This document shows, piece after piece, positions 29,368 to 39,337 of a stretch of DNA of 64,000 nucleotides. Position 1 is the stretch's first letter. Each line of letters starts with the position of its first letter. A program made the position numbers and the translations under genes. The stretch spans positions 529,284 to 593,283 of the forward strand of contig JBBIRK010000001.1 in assembly GCA_037441845.1 (NCBI GenBank), written 5' to 3'. Under the pieces are notes generated by a model. It was given only the letters and a program-made list of their open reading frames with translations, made no database searches and had not been told where the DNA came from. The DNA is from Candidatus Zixiibacteriota bacterium (lineage in GTDB: Bacteria > Zixibacteria > MSB-5A5 > UBA10806 > 4484-95).

Positions 29368-30480
29368 TCAGGGGCGATACGCGCTTTCCGCTTCGATCAG
29401 ATCAGCTACCTTTCCCGAGGGTCCCTGGCTTTGAATGAAATTCAGCAGAATCTCGCGCCGCAAGAGACCGACCGATATCAGAGACGGAAGCGGATTTCTA
29501 TACAATAGGTAACGATCCGTTTGCGCCGTGTTGCAACCCCACCAGCTCAAACAAGCATAATCGAATCCGATCTCTTTCAACATCGGCAAAAACCGAGAGT
29601 AGCCGGCAATATCAAAGCCATAAGGATAGGCGAATCCGATGACTTTCTTTCGAATTTGATTTTCGATAATGGTTTTCGAACCGGTGATATCGTCATAGGC
29701 TTCCTGCGATTCGACATGACTCAGATTGGCATGCGAACGGGTATGAGAGCCGAATTCCATTCCCTGCGCGGCCAGATCGCGAATCTGATCCCAGCTCAAC
29801 GGTTGCGGCACGGCCAACGCTATCGAGGGGTCGTCCAGAATCGATCGCCGCAAATATTCCACCGCGCCTTTCTGAACAGAGGTCGGTTGTTTCATCAAGA
29901 ACATCGACAATCGATTCAATAGCAAGTCTTTGTAGTGCGTATCGTGCAAACGCTGCAGATCGATGATCGCCGAATTGATTTTGAACTCCCGAGAAAACTC
30001 CTTTAGGTCGACACGAGATAAATCGCCTACCCTGATCAATTCCTCCAGATCATCCCACCAAAGGCTGGCTTTGCCGTCGATCCAATCGGTTGCCAAGAAA
30101 ACCGTCGCCGAAACGCCATATTTACGCATTATCGGCCAAGCAATTTCATAGACGGATCGATAGCCGTCATCGAAAGTGATCGCCACCGAATTTTCAAGCA
30201 AATCACCGCGTTCGTCTATCTCCTTGACCGCTTTCTCCATCGTAATCGCCCGAAAATCCTTCAAAATCGCCCTGATCTGGCATTCAAAGGCCAAACCGCT
30301 CGGTCTGTCCTGGGTTCCGTTTATAGGATAGGCAGACGAGTTGGGAACCAGATCGTGATACATCAGGATCAAAAGCTGTTTTCGTCGCCCCACTTTAAGA
30401 AAATTCCGGATATGATAGTAACCGGAATGCAAAAGCCCAAGCTTGACCAAGTTCACGAAATTGGGAATATGCGCCTCCAT
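29368..30480 (-). CDS. Polysaccharide deacetylase (CE4/NodB-like)
   Basis: ILMYH, ITFDDGY, LSWDQI, GSHTRSH, FAYPYG. Confidence 0.92.
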   Translation of the reverse strand: MEAHIPNFVNLVKLGLLHSGYYHIRNFLKVGRRKQLLILMYHDLVPNSSAYPINGTQDRPSGLAFECQIRAILKDFRAITMEKAVKEIDERGDLLENSVAITFDDGYRSVYEIAWPIMRKYGVSATVFLATDWIDGKASLWWDDLEELIRVGDLSRVDLKEFSREFKINSAIIDLQRLHDTHYKDLLLNRLSMFLMKQPTSVQKGAVEYLRRSILDDPSIALAVPQPLSWDQIRDLAAQGMEFGSHTRSHANLSHVESQEAYDDITGSKTIIENQIRKKVIGFAYPYGFDIAGYSRFLPMLKEIGFDYACLSWWGCNTAQTDRYLLYRNPLPSLISVGLLRREILLNFIQSQGPSGKVADLIEAESAYRP

Positions 30481-30815
30481 TCGATCCGCCTGACGACCCT
30501 TTATTCTCTGCTATTGGACAGGCCGATCCGATAGTCGGTCAATCTAACGCAAATGACATGGATAGTCAATATCATTACCCGGAAACCCAAGAAAACGTGA
30601 AAAGGTGACGAGAAATCCATTTAGGAGTAACAATCACGAATAATTTTGCATAAAATTCAACAAGATAACAATAGTGGTTCAATTTTTGCTTTGAAAATAC
30701 GGTTTTTATGATATATTAAAGCTGTCGTCTGAAGCCGTGGGCAATTATAAATAAAGCCGCCCCTGACGGCTGCCGATAATATGAGAGAAGATAACCTGTT
30801 GAAAATTTACATGTT

Positions 30816-32243
30816 ATGGTAGAACTGAAACTTACACCCTCGTTAAGCCAACGTCCCGACCTGGTAATTCAGCCCGGATTGATTCAATCGCTCAAGCTGC
30901 TCATGGAGCCGATCCTGAACCTCGAGATGATAGTCCGACAGAGGTTGTCGGATAACCCTTTGCTCGAAGAGGTCGAGCAACAAGATTCGGCCGAGGATAT
31001 CGTTGCGCCGCCGGAAGAGCCGGCGCGGACCACAGAACAGACTATAGAACGGATTGATTGGCAGGAATTCCTTGGCGAAGACCATGAATACCTGAAAGAC
31101 GGCGGTTACAGGGATTATTCGGTCGTTTCCGACGAAGATCTGCCCGAGGCGGTCTCGGTGGCGGAAAAGACCCTGTTCGATTATCTTATGGAACAGCTCG
31201 GTTTCACCCGTCTTTCGGATAAGCAAAAAGAGATCGGCTCCTACATAATCGGCAATATCGACGAGGCGGGATTCCTTACCGTGTCGGTCGAGGAGATGGC
31301 GACCGAGCTTAAAGTCGAGGCGAAGGAGATCGCTGAAGTTCTGGCGGTGATCAAGACGTTCGATCCCACCGGCGTGGGCTCGCGCGATCTTCGCGAGTGC
31401 CTTTTGGCCCAGCTGGAGGAACAAGGATACAACGGTTCGCTGACTTGGATTATCGTTGATAAGCACCTTAAAGATCTCGAAAACAAAAGCATAACTCAAT
31501 TGGCGCGTATGCTCGACACCCATCCCGAAAAAGTCGACCAGGCCGTAAAAGTGATCCGCAGCTTGTCGCCGTATCCGGCCGCAGGAAGATTTTCGCGGCC
31601 CGCCGTGCCTATCGTTCCCGACCTGATAATCGAAAAAATCGGAGACGAATTCGTAATCTACCATAACGATAAAAATTTGCCCCAGCTGCGGATCAACCAA
31701 TCTTATAAAAACTTGATACGCCGCGGCTCCAACTCAAGCGAATCGACCAAACAATATATCAAGGAAAAACTCGAGCAGGCGCGTTGGCTGATCAACGCTA
31801 TCAACCAGCGCCGCACCACCATGGTAAATGTCATGACGGCGATAGTTGAAGAGCAAAAAGAGTTTTTCGAGCACGGAGAATCTCATCTAAAGCCGCTTAC
31901 CATGGAACAGATTGCCGATAAGGTCGGGATGAACGTGGCCACGATCTCGCGGGTCGCCAACGGCAAATATGTGCAAACGCCGCTCGGGATGTATGAAATC
32001 AAGTATTTTTTCAACACCGGTGTGGCCACCCAGAGCGGCGAGGATCTTCCCAAGCGGGTGGTAAAAGGGAAAATCGAGGAAATAATCAAGGGGGAAAATC
32101 CCGCCACTCCCTATTCGGATCAGGAAATCGCCCGCCTGCTCGCCAAACAGGGAATTATGCTTGCCCGACGCACGGTGACCAAATACCGCGAAGAACTGGG
32201 GATAAAGGCCGCCCGCTACCGCAAGGAGATCCCTCGGGGGTAG
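30816..32243 (+). CDS. rpoN: RNA polymerase sigma-54 factor
   Basis: NPLLE, DPTGVGSRDLRECL, PLTMEQIA...TISRVANGKY, SDQEI and RpoN box ARRTVTKYRE. Confidence 0.97.
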   Translation: MVELKLTPSLSQRPDLVIQPGLIQSLKLLMEPILNLEMIVRQRLSDNPLLEEVEQQDSAEDIVAPPEEPARTTEQTIERIDWQEFLGEDHEYLKDGGYRDYSVVSDEDLPEAVSVAEKTLFDYLMEQLGFTRLSDKQKEIGSYIIGNIDEAGFLTVSVEEMATELKVEAKEIAEVLAVIKTFDPTGVGSRDLRECLLAQLEEQGYNGSLTWIIVDKHLKDLENKSITQLARMLDTHPEKVDQAVKVIRSLSPYPAAGRFSRPAVPIVPDLIIEKIGDEFVIYHNDKNLPQLRINQSYKNLIRRGSNSSESTKQYIKEKLEQARWLINAINQRRTTMVNVMTAIVEEQKEFFEHGESHLKPLTMEQIADKVGMNVATISRVANGKYVQTPLGMYEIKYFFNTGVATQSGEDLPKRVVKGKIEEIIKGENPATPYSDQEIARLLAKQGIMLARRTVTKYREELGIKAARYRKEIPRG

Positions 32244-32346
32244 GAGTCATCTGATTCCCGTTAACCGCTTCCGCCAAAACCTGCGGAATTCACGGCCGCG
32301 TGGACAAGCCGCACGGCTGCTTTTGCACCGTTTCCCCAAAATTGTC

Positions 32347-32375
32347 TTGCCGCAATCTTTTCTTAGGCATATAAT
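32347..32375 (+). promoter_or_regulatory. Putative sigma70 promoter upstream of hpf
   Basis: TTGCCG-N17-TATAAT. Confidence 0.65.
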
Positions 32376-32641
32376 CTTATAACAATGATAGCGGAGAAAC
32401 CCGATCATCGGTTTCAAAAGAACAGGTTCGTACCAAGCCGATCAGTCTGCGAATCATTTGCCAAATCAAGGCCTACTATCGGGCATGCGGGGGATATCGA
32501 GCGCGACAGCTCCAAGCTTCGAAATCGAAAAATGAACGAAAACACAAGTGGAAAATCGGTCAGCCGGATCGTGTATTATCGTAACCGCATATGCCGGTTG
32601 TCATGGGGGCATATCGCAAGCCTTTTAGGAAAGGAGTTGCA

Positions 32642-33004
32642 ATGAAAGTAACGGTTACCGCAAGGCATTTCGAGCTTACCGAAAATCTCAACAAATACGC
32701 CATCGATGAAATAAACAGATTGGAAAAATATTTCGACCACATTATCGAAGCCCATCTGACGATGTCGATCGAGAAAAACCGCCAAATAGCCGACCTGTCG
32801 GTCAAGGTTTACGGAACGGTCCTCACCAGCAAAGCCAAGACCTACGACATGTATATCGCTATCGAGCAGGTCGTATCGAAAATGGAAACGCAGATAAAAA
32901 AATACAAGGCGAAACTCAAAGACAAGAAGGGCGCCCGGCGGGAACCGCCGAAATCAAGACCGGTGAAAACGGTCGGGGTCGACGAAGACGAATCCGAGTT
33001 ATAA
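32642..33004 (+). CDS. hpf: Ribosome hibernation promoting factor (RaiA/HPF)
   Basis: MKVTVTARHFELTE.L..Y...I.RLEKYFD...DMYIAI, RBS AAGGAG, downstream of rpoN. Confidence 0.93.
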   Translation: MKVTVTARHFELTENLNKYAIDEINRLEKYFDHIIEAHLTMSIEKNRQIADLSVKVYGTVLTSKAKTYDMYIAIEQVVSKMETQIKKYKAKLKDKKGARREPPKSRPVKTVGVDEDESEL

Positions 33005-33010
33005 TAATAT

Positions 33011-33979
33011 ATGAACGGCGTAAGTGTCGAACAGTTGCTGAAAGAGAAGAGTCGGTTTCTGGAGCTTTATGCCCTTAACGGCGGCGCTTGCCTGCAACGG
33101 GTAATATCGAACAATCAAATTCAACGTCCCGGGCTGGCCCTGGCCGGCTACCTCGAAAGATTTTCGTATTGGCGGACGCAGGTTTTCGGCAAAACCGAAA
33201 TTTCGTATCTGGAAAGTCTGACCGCAAGCGAGCTGAAACAAACCCTCGAACGGTTTTTTTCATTCGATATCCCCCTGATAATCATCACTAAAGCCCAAAA
33301 GCCTCCGGCATTGCTGCTGGAACTGGCCATGAACAAACAAGTGCCCGTGCTGCAAACGAATTTGACCACCACCGAATTCATCATCAGGCTCAGCAACTAT
33401 CTCGACAACCTGTTCGCCCCTCGCACTACGATTCATGGGTCGCTGGTTGATGTTTATGGTGTCGGCCTGCTTTACACCGGCAAGTCCGGAGTAGGGAAAT
33501 CGGAATGCGCCCTCGATCTGGTGGAACGGGGACACCGGCTGGTGGCCGATGACGTGGTCACCATTATCAAAAAAGCGCCCGACGTCATAATAGGACATGC
33601 CGACGAAAGGCTCGGCCATCACATGGAAATCCGCGGTCTGGGAATCGTCAATATCGAAAAGCTCTTCGGTATCCGCTCGATCCGAATGCAGAAAAGAATC
33701 GAGGTCGAGGTCAGGCTCGAATTGTGGGACAACCGCGTGGAGTACGACCGCCTCGGGATCGAGGAGAATTTCACCACGATTCTGGGGGTCGAGATTCCGG
33801 TCGTCACTATCCCCCTGTCGCCCGGAAAGAATATCACGGTAATCTCGGAGGTCATCAGCATGAACCACATGCTGAAAGTTTACGGCGAAAATTCCGCCGA
33901 AAAATTCGTCCAGCGCCTCTCCGAGGAGATTACCAGACGTAAACTCACCAATCAATATCTGCAGTCCGACCTGGAGTAG
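33011..33979 (+). CDS. hprK: HPr(Ser) kinase/phosphorylase
   Basis: RPGLALAGY, HGSLVDVYGVG...GKSGVGKSECALDLVERGHRLVADD, MEIRGLGI. Confidence 0.97.
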   Translation: MNGVSVEQLLKEKSRFLELYALNGGACLQRVISNNQIQRPGLALAGYLERFSYWRTQVFGKTEISYLESLTASELKQTLERFFSFDIPLIIITKAQKPPALLLELAMNKQVPVLQTNLTTTEFIIRLSNYLDNLFAPRTTIHGSLVDVYGVGLLYTGKSGVGKSECALDLVERGHRLVADDVVTIIKKAPDVIIGHADERLGHHMEIRGLGIVNIEKLFGIRSIRMQKRIEVEVRLELWDNRVEYDRLGIEENFTTILGVEIPVVTIPLSPGKNITVISEVISMNHMLKVYGENSAEKFVQRLSEEITRRKLTNQYLQSDLE

Positions 33980-34088
33980 CCGGCGGCTTCCCCATGATTT
34001 AACGCCGCCTAAAAGGCAACTTTCCTGACAATCAGCCGAATTATGTATATGTAAGACAACGGAAATCGGAAAACGAGGAAATGACTCA

Positions 34089-34985
34089 ATGCGTGATGTA
34101 TCGATCGAAATAAAAGTCGGCACGGTGGTGATTCTCGCCATAGTAATCCTGATTTACAGCATAATCTGGGTGAAAGAATACAAATTCAATGTCGAACATT
34201 ATGAATATACCTGCCTTTTCCCGGAAATCGGCTCGCTTGACGTAGGCGATCCGGTGAGAGTGCTCGGGGTTCAGAAAGGCGAGGTCAAGGAAATCGCGAT
34301 CAGCGGTAACAACGTGGCCGTCAAATTCTCGCTGGAATCCGACGTCAAACTGAAAGAAGACGCTCGGTTTCTGGTGATGAACGTGGGATTGATGGGGGAG
34401 CGCTTTATCGCCGTCTGGCCCGGTGAGGCAAAAGCCGAACGCGACCTGAAAGTCCCCGGTTACGGCCGCTACGACACCGGTATTCCGGAGGTAATGGGTA
34501 TGATGGGGCTGGCGATCGACGAATTGCGAAGGCTCATTTTCGACATTGAAGGGATTTTCGGCAAGCCGGGCAAGGGCCAGCAACTCAAAGATATAATCGA
34601 TAGGCTGGATCGGGTATCGGCAAGAATCGAGGAGATGGCCGTCGCCAATCAGGACGGCCTCAACAAGGCTCTCGCTGATTTCGGCCATTTTGCCGGCAAG
34701 TTGCGCGGCTTCATCGATTCCAACTCGACCTCCATGCAGACGACGCTCGACAATCTGGCGGAGGCCTCGGTAAAGGCCAACAACACCCTGGCCAATCTCG
34801 ACACGATTTCCGGAAAGCTGCAAGCGATCATCACCGCCATGGATGAGGGCCGGGGAACGCTCGGCAAAACGCTCGCCGACGATTCACTCTATTACGATCT
34901 GCGCCGGACGCTGACGAATCTCGATTCGCTGGTGACCGATTTCAAGGCTCACCCCAAAAAATATATAAGCATAAGCATATTCTGA
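34089..34985 (+). CDS. MlaD/MCE-domain protein
   Basis: EIKVG + TM helix, L..GDPV...GV.KGEV, GLMGERFI, helical tail with GTLGK...D.SLY...HPKKY. Confidence 0.9.
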   Translation: MRDVSIEIKVGTVVILAIVILIYSIIWVKEYKFNVEHYEYTCLFPEIGSLDVGDPVRVLGVQKGEVKEIAISGNNVAVKFSLESDVKLKEDARFLVMNVGLMGERFIAVWPGEAKAERDLKVPGYGRYDTGIPEVMGMMGLAIDELRRLIFDIEGIFGKPGKGQQLKDIIDRLDRVSARIEEMAVANQDGLNKALADFGHFAGKLRGFIDSNSTSMQTTLDNLAEASVKANNTLANLDTISGKLQAIITAMDEGRGTLGKTLADDSLYYDLRRTLTNLDSLVTDFKAHPKKYISISIF

Positions 34986-37126
34986 TGATTCATCTTTGCC
35001 TGGGAATACACAATCATCAACCGGTGGGGAATTTCGATTCCGTCATGGAAACGGCCTATAGCCGTTGCTATCGGCCGTTCTTGAAACTGTTGGAAAATTC
35101 TCCCGATATAAAAATCACGCTGCACAACACCGGAATACTCTGGCGATATTTCGAAACGATAGGAAATGAATACCACGAGCTGACCAAAAAACTGATAGCC
35201 CGGGGACAACTCGAGCTTCTCGGCGGCGGTTTCTACGAGCCGATCCTGCCGGCCATACGCGACGATCACAAGAAAGCACAAATCAAGAAACTGTCCGATT
35301 ATTTGCATGCGCACTTCAGGCTCGGGCCGCGCGGCATGTGGATCGCCGAGCGGGTCTGGGAGCCGCAGCTTGCTTCGATAATCGCCGATTGCGGATTGGA
35401 GTATTCGATACTCGATGACACCCACTTCCGCTGGGCCGGCCTGCGCCCCGACCAGCTGAACGGCTATTTTATAACCGAGGATCAGGGGCGACTTTTGTGC
35501 TTGTTCCCGATATCGAAAAAGCTGCGTTACCTGATTCCGTTCGGTCGGGTCGATGATATAATCGAATATCTGAAACGGCAGGCGGATGAATATCCCGGAA
35601 GCCTGGCCATCTATGCCGACGACGGCGAGAAATTCGGGATCTGGCCGGATACCTATCGCTTGTGTTACGAGGAAAACTGGCTCGAACGATTTTTCGAGGC
35701 GATCTGCCGCAACGGCGACTGGTTGAAACCGATATCGTTCGGGCAGGCTTTGGATCTGACGGAACCGGTGGGAAGAGTCTATCTGCCGACCGCTTCCTAT
35801 GCCGAAATGGGTCAATGGGCACTGCCGGCTGAGGGGTTCCGGCACTACGAGGAGCTCGAAAAGATTCTCAAAGACGCCGATCTTTTCGACAAGCTCGGCT
35901 ATCTGGTGCGCGGGGGAATCTGGCGCAATTTCATGACGAAATATCCCGAAGCCAACAATATGCACAAGAAAATGTACCGCACAGCCGCCAAAATCGATTC
36001 GCTCGAAAAGAAGGCAGGCGCCAAGGACCGGAAAATGTTGGCAAACGCCCAGGACCTTCTGTTTCAAGCTCAATGCAATTGTCCATACTGGCACGGCGTC
36101 TTCGGCGGCCTGTATCTTAACCACCTTCGCTATGCCACCTACAAGAGATTAATCGAGGCCGAATCCATATGCGACAGGCTCGAGCCGACTATGCGAACCG
36201 GCAGAATCGAAACGACCGATTTCGACGGCGACGGCTATCCGGAGATATTGCTCGAAACGGCGTTGACGAACGCTTATTTCACACCCCGCCTCGGAGGCGC
36301 CATGTTCGAACTCGATCTTAAGGATAGATCGTTCAATTTGCTCGATACGATGACCAGGCGACAAGAAGGATATCACTACAAGCTGGAACAGGCTCAAGAC
36401 GCCGGGTCAGCGGCGGGAAAAACCATACACGACCGGGTGGAGGTCAAGGAAAGCGGGCTGGAAAAATACCTCGTTTACGATAAATACCGCCGCCTTTCCT
36501 TTATCGACCATTTCTTCCGGCTCGATTCGAAGTTCGAGGAATTTGTCGATGGAACCATTGGCGAGCTCGGCGATTTTGTGGAAGAACCTTACGCTTTCGA
36601 GGGCTCGAAAACGGCATCGAAATTGACCCTGCTACTGACACGAACCGGGCAAGTCAACAAAGGCGAATCCGCTGTAACTATCGAGCTGAAAAAAAAGATA
36701 AGCTTGGCGCTGGAAAACGGAAAAATCGAGGCGAACTATACATTGCAGAATCTCGGAGAAAAGGAAATCGTGTGCTTGTTCGGGGTCGAATTGAACTGGT
36801 CGCTTCTGGCAGGAGACGCCGCCGACAGATTTTATTATATCGACGGCGCGGACTTAAACGACGTCCGCCTGAACAGCCGTGGGACAACCGACAATGTGAG
36901 CCGATTCGGTTTGGTCGATCGTTATCACGACTTGAATATATCTATAGAACTATCCGAACCGGCCCGGCTTTGGCGCATGCCGATCGAAACGGTCAGCTTG
37001 TCGGAATCGGGTTTCGAGCGGGTTTATCAATCGTCGGTGACCTGTCCTTGTTTCGAGATCGGCCTGAAACCGGCCCGAAAACATTCCCTATCGATCATCA
37101 TATCTTTTTTAGGAATCAGGAATTGA
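34985..37126 (+). CDS. GH57 4-alpha-glucanotransferase / alpha-amylase
   Basis: HNHQPVGN, GGFYEPIL, WIAERVW (nucleophile), DDGEKFG (acid/base), AQCNCPYWHGVFGG. The start overlaps the mlaD stop (TGATG). Confidence 0.93.
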   Translation: MIHLCLGIHNHQPVGNFDSVMETAYSRCYRPFLKLLENSPDIKITLHNTGILWRYFETIGNEYHELTKKLIARGQLELLGGGFYEPILPAIRDDHKKAQIKKLSDYLHAHFRLGPRGMWIAERVWEPQLASIIADCGLEYSILDDTHFRWAGLRPDQLNGYFITEDQGRLLCLFPISKKLRYLIPFGRVDDIIEYLKRQADEYPGSLAIYADDGEKFGIWPDTYRLCYEENWLERFFEAICRNGDWLKPISFGQALDLTEPVGRVYLPTASYAEMGQWALPAEGFRHYEELEKILKDADLFDKLGYLVRGGIWRNFMTKYPEANNMHKKMYRTAAKIDSLEKKAGAKDRKMLANAQDLLFQAQCNCPYWHGVFGGLYLNHLRYATYKRLIEAESICDRLEPTMRTGRIETTDFDGDGYPEILLETALTNAYFTPRLGGAMFELDLKDRSFNLLDTMTRRQEGYHYKLEQAQDAGSAAGKTIHDRVEVKESGLEKYLVYDKYRRLSFIDHFFRLDSKFEEFVDGTIGELGDFVEEPYAFEGSKTASKLTLLLTRTGQVNKGESAVTIELKKKISLALENGKIEANYTLQNLGEKEIVCLFGVELNWSLLAGDAADRFYYIDGADLNDVRLNSRGTTDNVSRFGLVDRYHDLNISIELSEPARLWRMPIETVSLSESGFERVYQSSVTCPCFEIGLKPARKHSLSIIISFLGIRN

Positions 37127-37423
37127 ATTTGATTTTATGGTGAGCTCGTTTCAATGGAATTTCCCTTGTTTCTTGGGCATTTTGCTCTATATTTATTTGA
37201 CGAACGGGATATGTTTACCTAATAATGCATTCAAGATCGATTTTGAAGCAATGGCGTCGGAATTTGAATTTTCTTAGGAGTATTGCGATAAGTGGCCTTA
37301 CAAAAAAAGTATATTATGATTGAGGGAGGTGTGAATTCCAATCGATAACGGCTGATTGATTTTCTGGTAAATGGACTATACTTGATTCGAAAATGATTTT
37401 GGTAATGAGGAAGGAGAGACCGT

Positions 37424-39184
37424 ATGCGAATTTTCACTGCGGTTGTAATAGTATTAATTGCGAGTGCGCTTGTGGCTGCGACGGAACAACCGGCGGACAA
37501 CTCCGGGCCGGCTGTCTCATCGGTCGATCGCCGCGATTTCACTACTGCCGACAGCCCAAAAGAAACATCGCCGGTATGGCTATCGCTTAAAAACATGTCT
37601 TATGCCGAACGGCAGAACGCGTTGATAGAAATCGAGCTTTTCGGGGACGCGCTCAATCGGGTCAGCGGGCTGGCTGCAAGGATCGAGAATCTCTGGAATA
37701 ACGAAGGGCGTTACGCTGAGGCGCTGCGCTTGTTCGATGAGCTGGGCCGGGCTGTTGATTTCCGGCTGGTGGCGTTGGGTATTTCCTGGCGGCATCCTAT
37801 CGAAACGACCGATATGCCGAACTGGGGAACTGATATTAGAATCGGCACTCGCGACAGTATAACCCAGGCTCATTTGGATATCCACCGGGCCAGCGGCAAC
37901 TTATTCGCCGTATTGTTATATCAGATTGGAACCAGCTATGCCTGGTCTGTGAATTTTTCCACGAACAACGGCAATACCTGGGCGGAAACATACTATTGGA
38001 CGTCAAGCCTATTGATTCCGGATATTGGAATATCAGTTGTAACAAACTACTGCTTTGTAGGTTACTTTTCCCACTTAAGCCCTTTTGATGCCCGTTTACG
38101 GAAATTTTCCACAACCAACGGGCAATCTCAGAATTTCAGCGGCAGCCAATTTATTACCGTTTTTTCGACCGCATCGCCGGACACGATACGCGAGGTTGAA
38201 TTGGCCTCGAACCAGGACTATTTTGATAATGTTTTGTACTATTTGGCCATTACCCGCTCCGGCGAATTACGCTATTATTACGCTACTACGACATCCAGTT
38301 TCGAAACCTGGTCGCAAATTGCAACATCGATCACCAACGCTGAACGCGGCCTGGATGCTTGCTGCAACGAAAATTTCAGCTCGAGGTTTCTCTGGGTCTC
38401 CTATTACGATACCGGCGACATGCTCAATATTGCGGCGAAGAGCGCAAACTGGGAAGTGGTGCACCAAACCACGGCCCACTCCGGTTCCAATAACACATCA
38501 ATCAGCGCCTGGCAGGACACGGTTATCTGTTTCTATGAATATTATTCAACCAATTGGCGATGCAGATATATAATCACCTACAACGGCGGGGACCTATTTT
38601 ATTATTCCTGGATCGGTGACACTACGGTTACCGCAGAAACGCCCCTGACTTCAGCCCGCGACGGTGGTGGGATCGCAGCCGTTTTCCGTCATTACACCCC
38701 CGTCCGCCAAGGACGCTACACCAGGCGGAATTACTACGGCTCCTGGAGCACACCGGTGCAATATACCGATTATGAACCGCACTGGTATCCTGGCGCAATC
38801 GAGTTTTTGGGCGGATACACGCATGGCGTAGTTTATATCACCAATACGTCGCCTGCTATTAGGGCCGCCATGTTCGACAGGCACAGCGCCACCGATATCG
38901 CCGACTCACCGCAGATGCCGGGTAAATTCCTGATCGCCGAAAATTATCCCAACCCGTTCAACTCCTCGACGGTGATCCGCTACAATCTACCCGAGCCGGC
39001 AAGAGTCACGATCGCTATCTACGATGTAATGGGCAGAAAGGTGGCGAGCTACGATCAAGGGCGGCAATCGGCGGGAATGCACCTGCTCACCTGGGACGGA
39101 GCCGATTTCGCTTCCGGCGTCTATCTATGCAAAATAAACACCGACTATGAATCCCAGACCCTGAAAATGCTTCTGGTCAAATAA
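37424..39184 (+). CDS. Secreted beta-propeller-like protein with T9SS-type C-terminal sorting domain
   Basis: Signal peptide, Asp-box STNNGNTW, and ENYPNPFNS...IYDVMGRKV...ASGVY...KMLLVK. Confidence 0.85.
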   Translation: MRIFTAVVIVLIASALVAATEQPADNSGPAVSSVDRRDFTTADSPKETSPVWLSLKNMSYAERQNALIEIELFGDALNRVSGLAARIENLWNNEGRYAEALRLFDELGRAVDFRLVALGISWRHPIETTDMPNWGTDIRIGTRDSITQAHLDIHRASGNLFAVLLYQIGTSYAWSVNFSTNNGNTWAETYYWTSSLLIPDIGISVVTNYCFVGYFSHLSPFDARLRKFSTTNGQSQNFSGSQFITVFSTASPDTIREVELASNQDYFDNVLYYLAITRSGELRYYYATTTSSFETWSQIATSITNAERGLDACCNENFSSRFLWVSYYDTGDMLNIAAKSANWEVVHQTTAHSGSNNTSISAWQDTVICFYEYYSTNWRCRYIITYNGGDLFYYSWIGDTTVTAETPLTSARDGGGIAAVFRHYTPVRQGRYTRRNYYGSWSTPVQYTDYEPHWYPGAIEFLGGYTHGVVYITNTSPAIRAAMFDRHSATDIADSPQMPGKFLIAENYPNPFNSSTVIRYNLPEPARVTIAIYDVMGRKVASYDQGRQSAGMHLLTWDGADFASGVYLCKINTDYESQTLKMLLVK

Positions 39185-39202
39185 TCGATAGTTTTCGCTT
39201 AT

Positions 39203-39246
39203 CGGACGCGTTCCTGTGATTATGGGGCGCGTCCGTTTCATTTTTC
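39203..39246 (+). terminator. Intrinsic terminator
   Basis: CGGACGCGTTCC...GGGGCGCGTCCG followed by TTTCATTTTT. Confidence 0.75.
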
Positions 39247-39337
39247 TTGAATGAACATTACGCTCGACTTGCAGCAATCACTTGACGAACTCACATTCAA
39301 TTTGAAATGGCGGAACCGCTATCTTATATTGCAGGAA

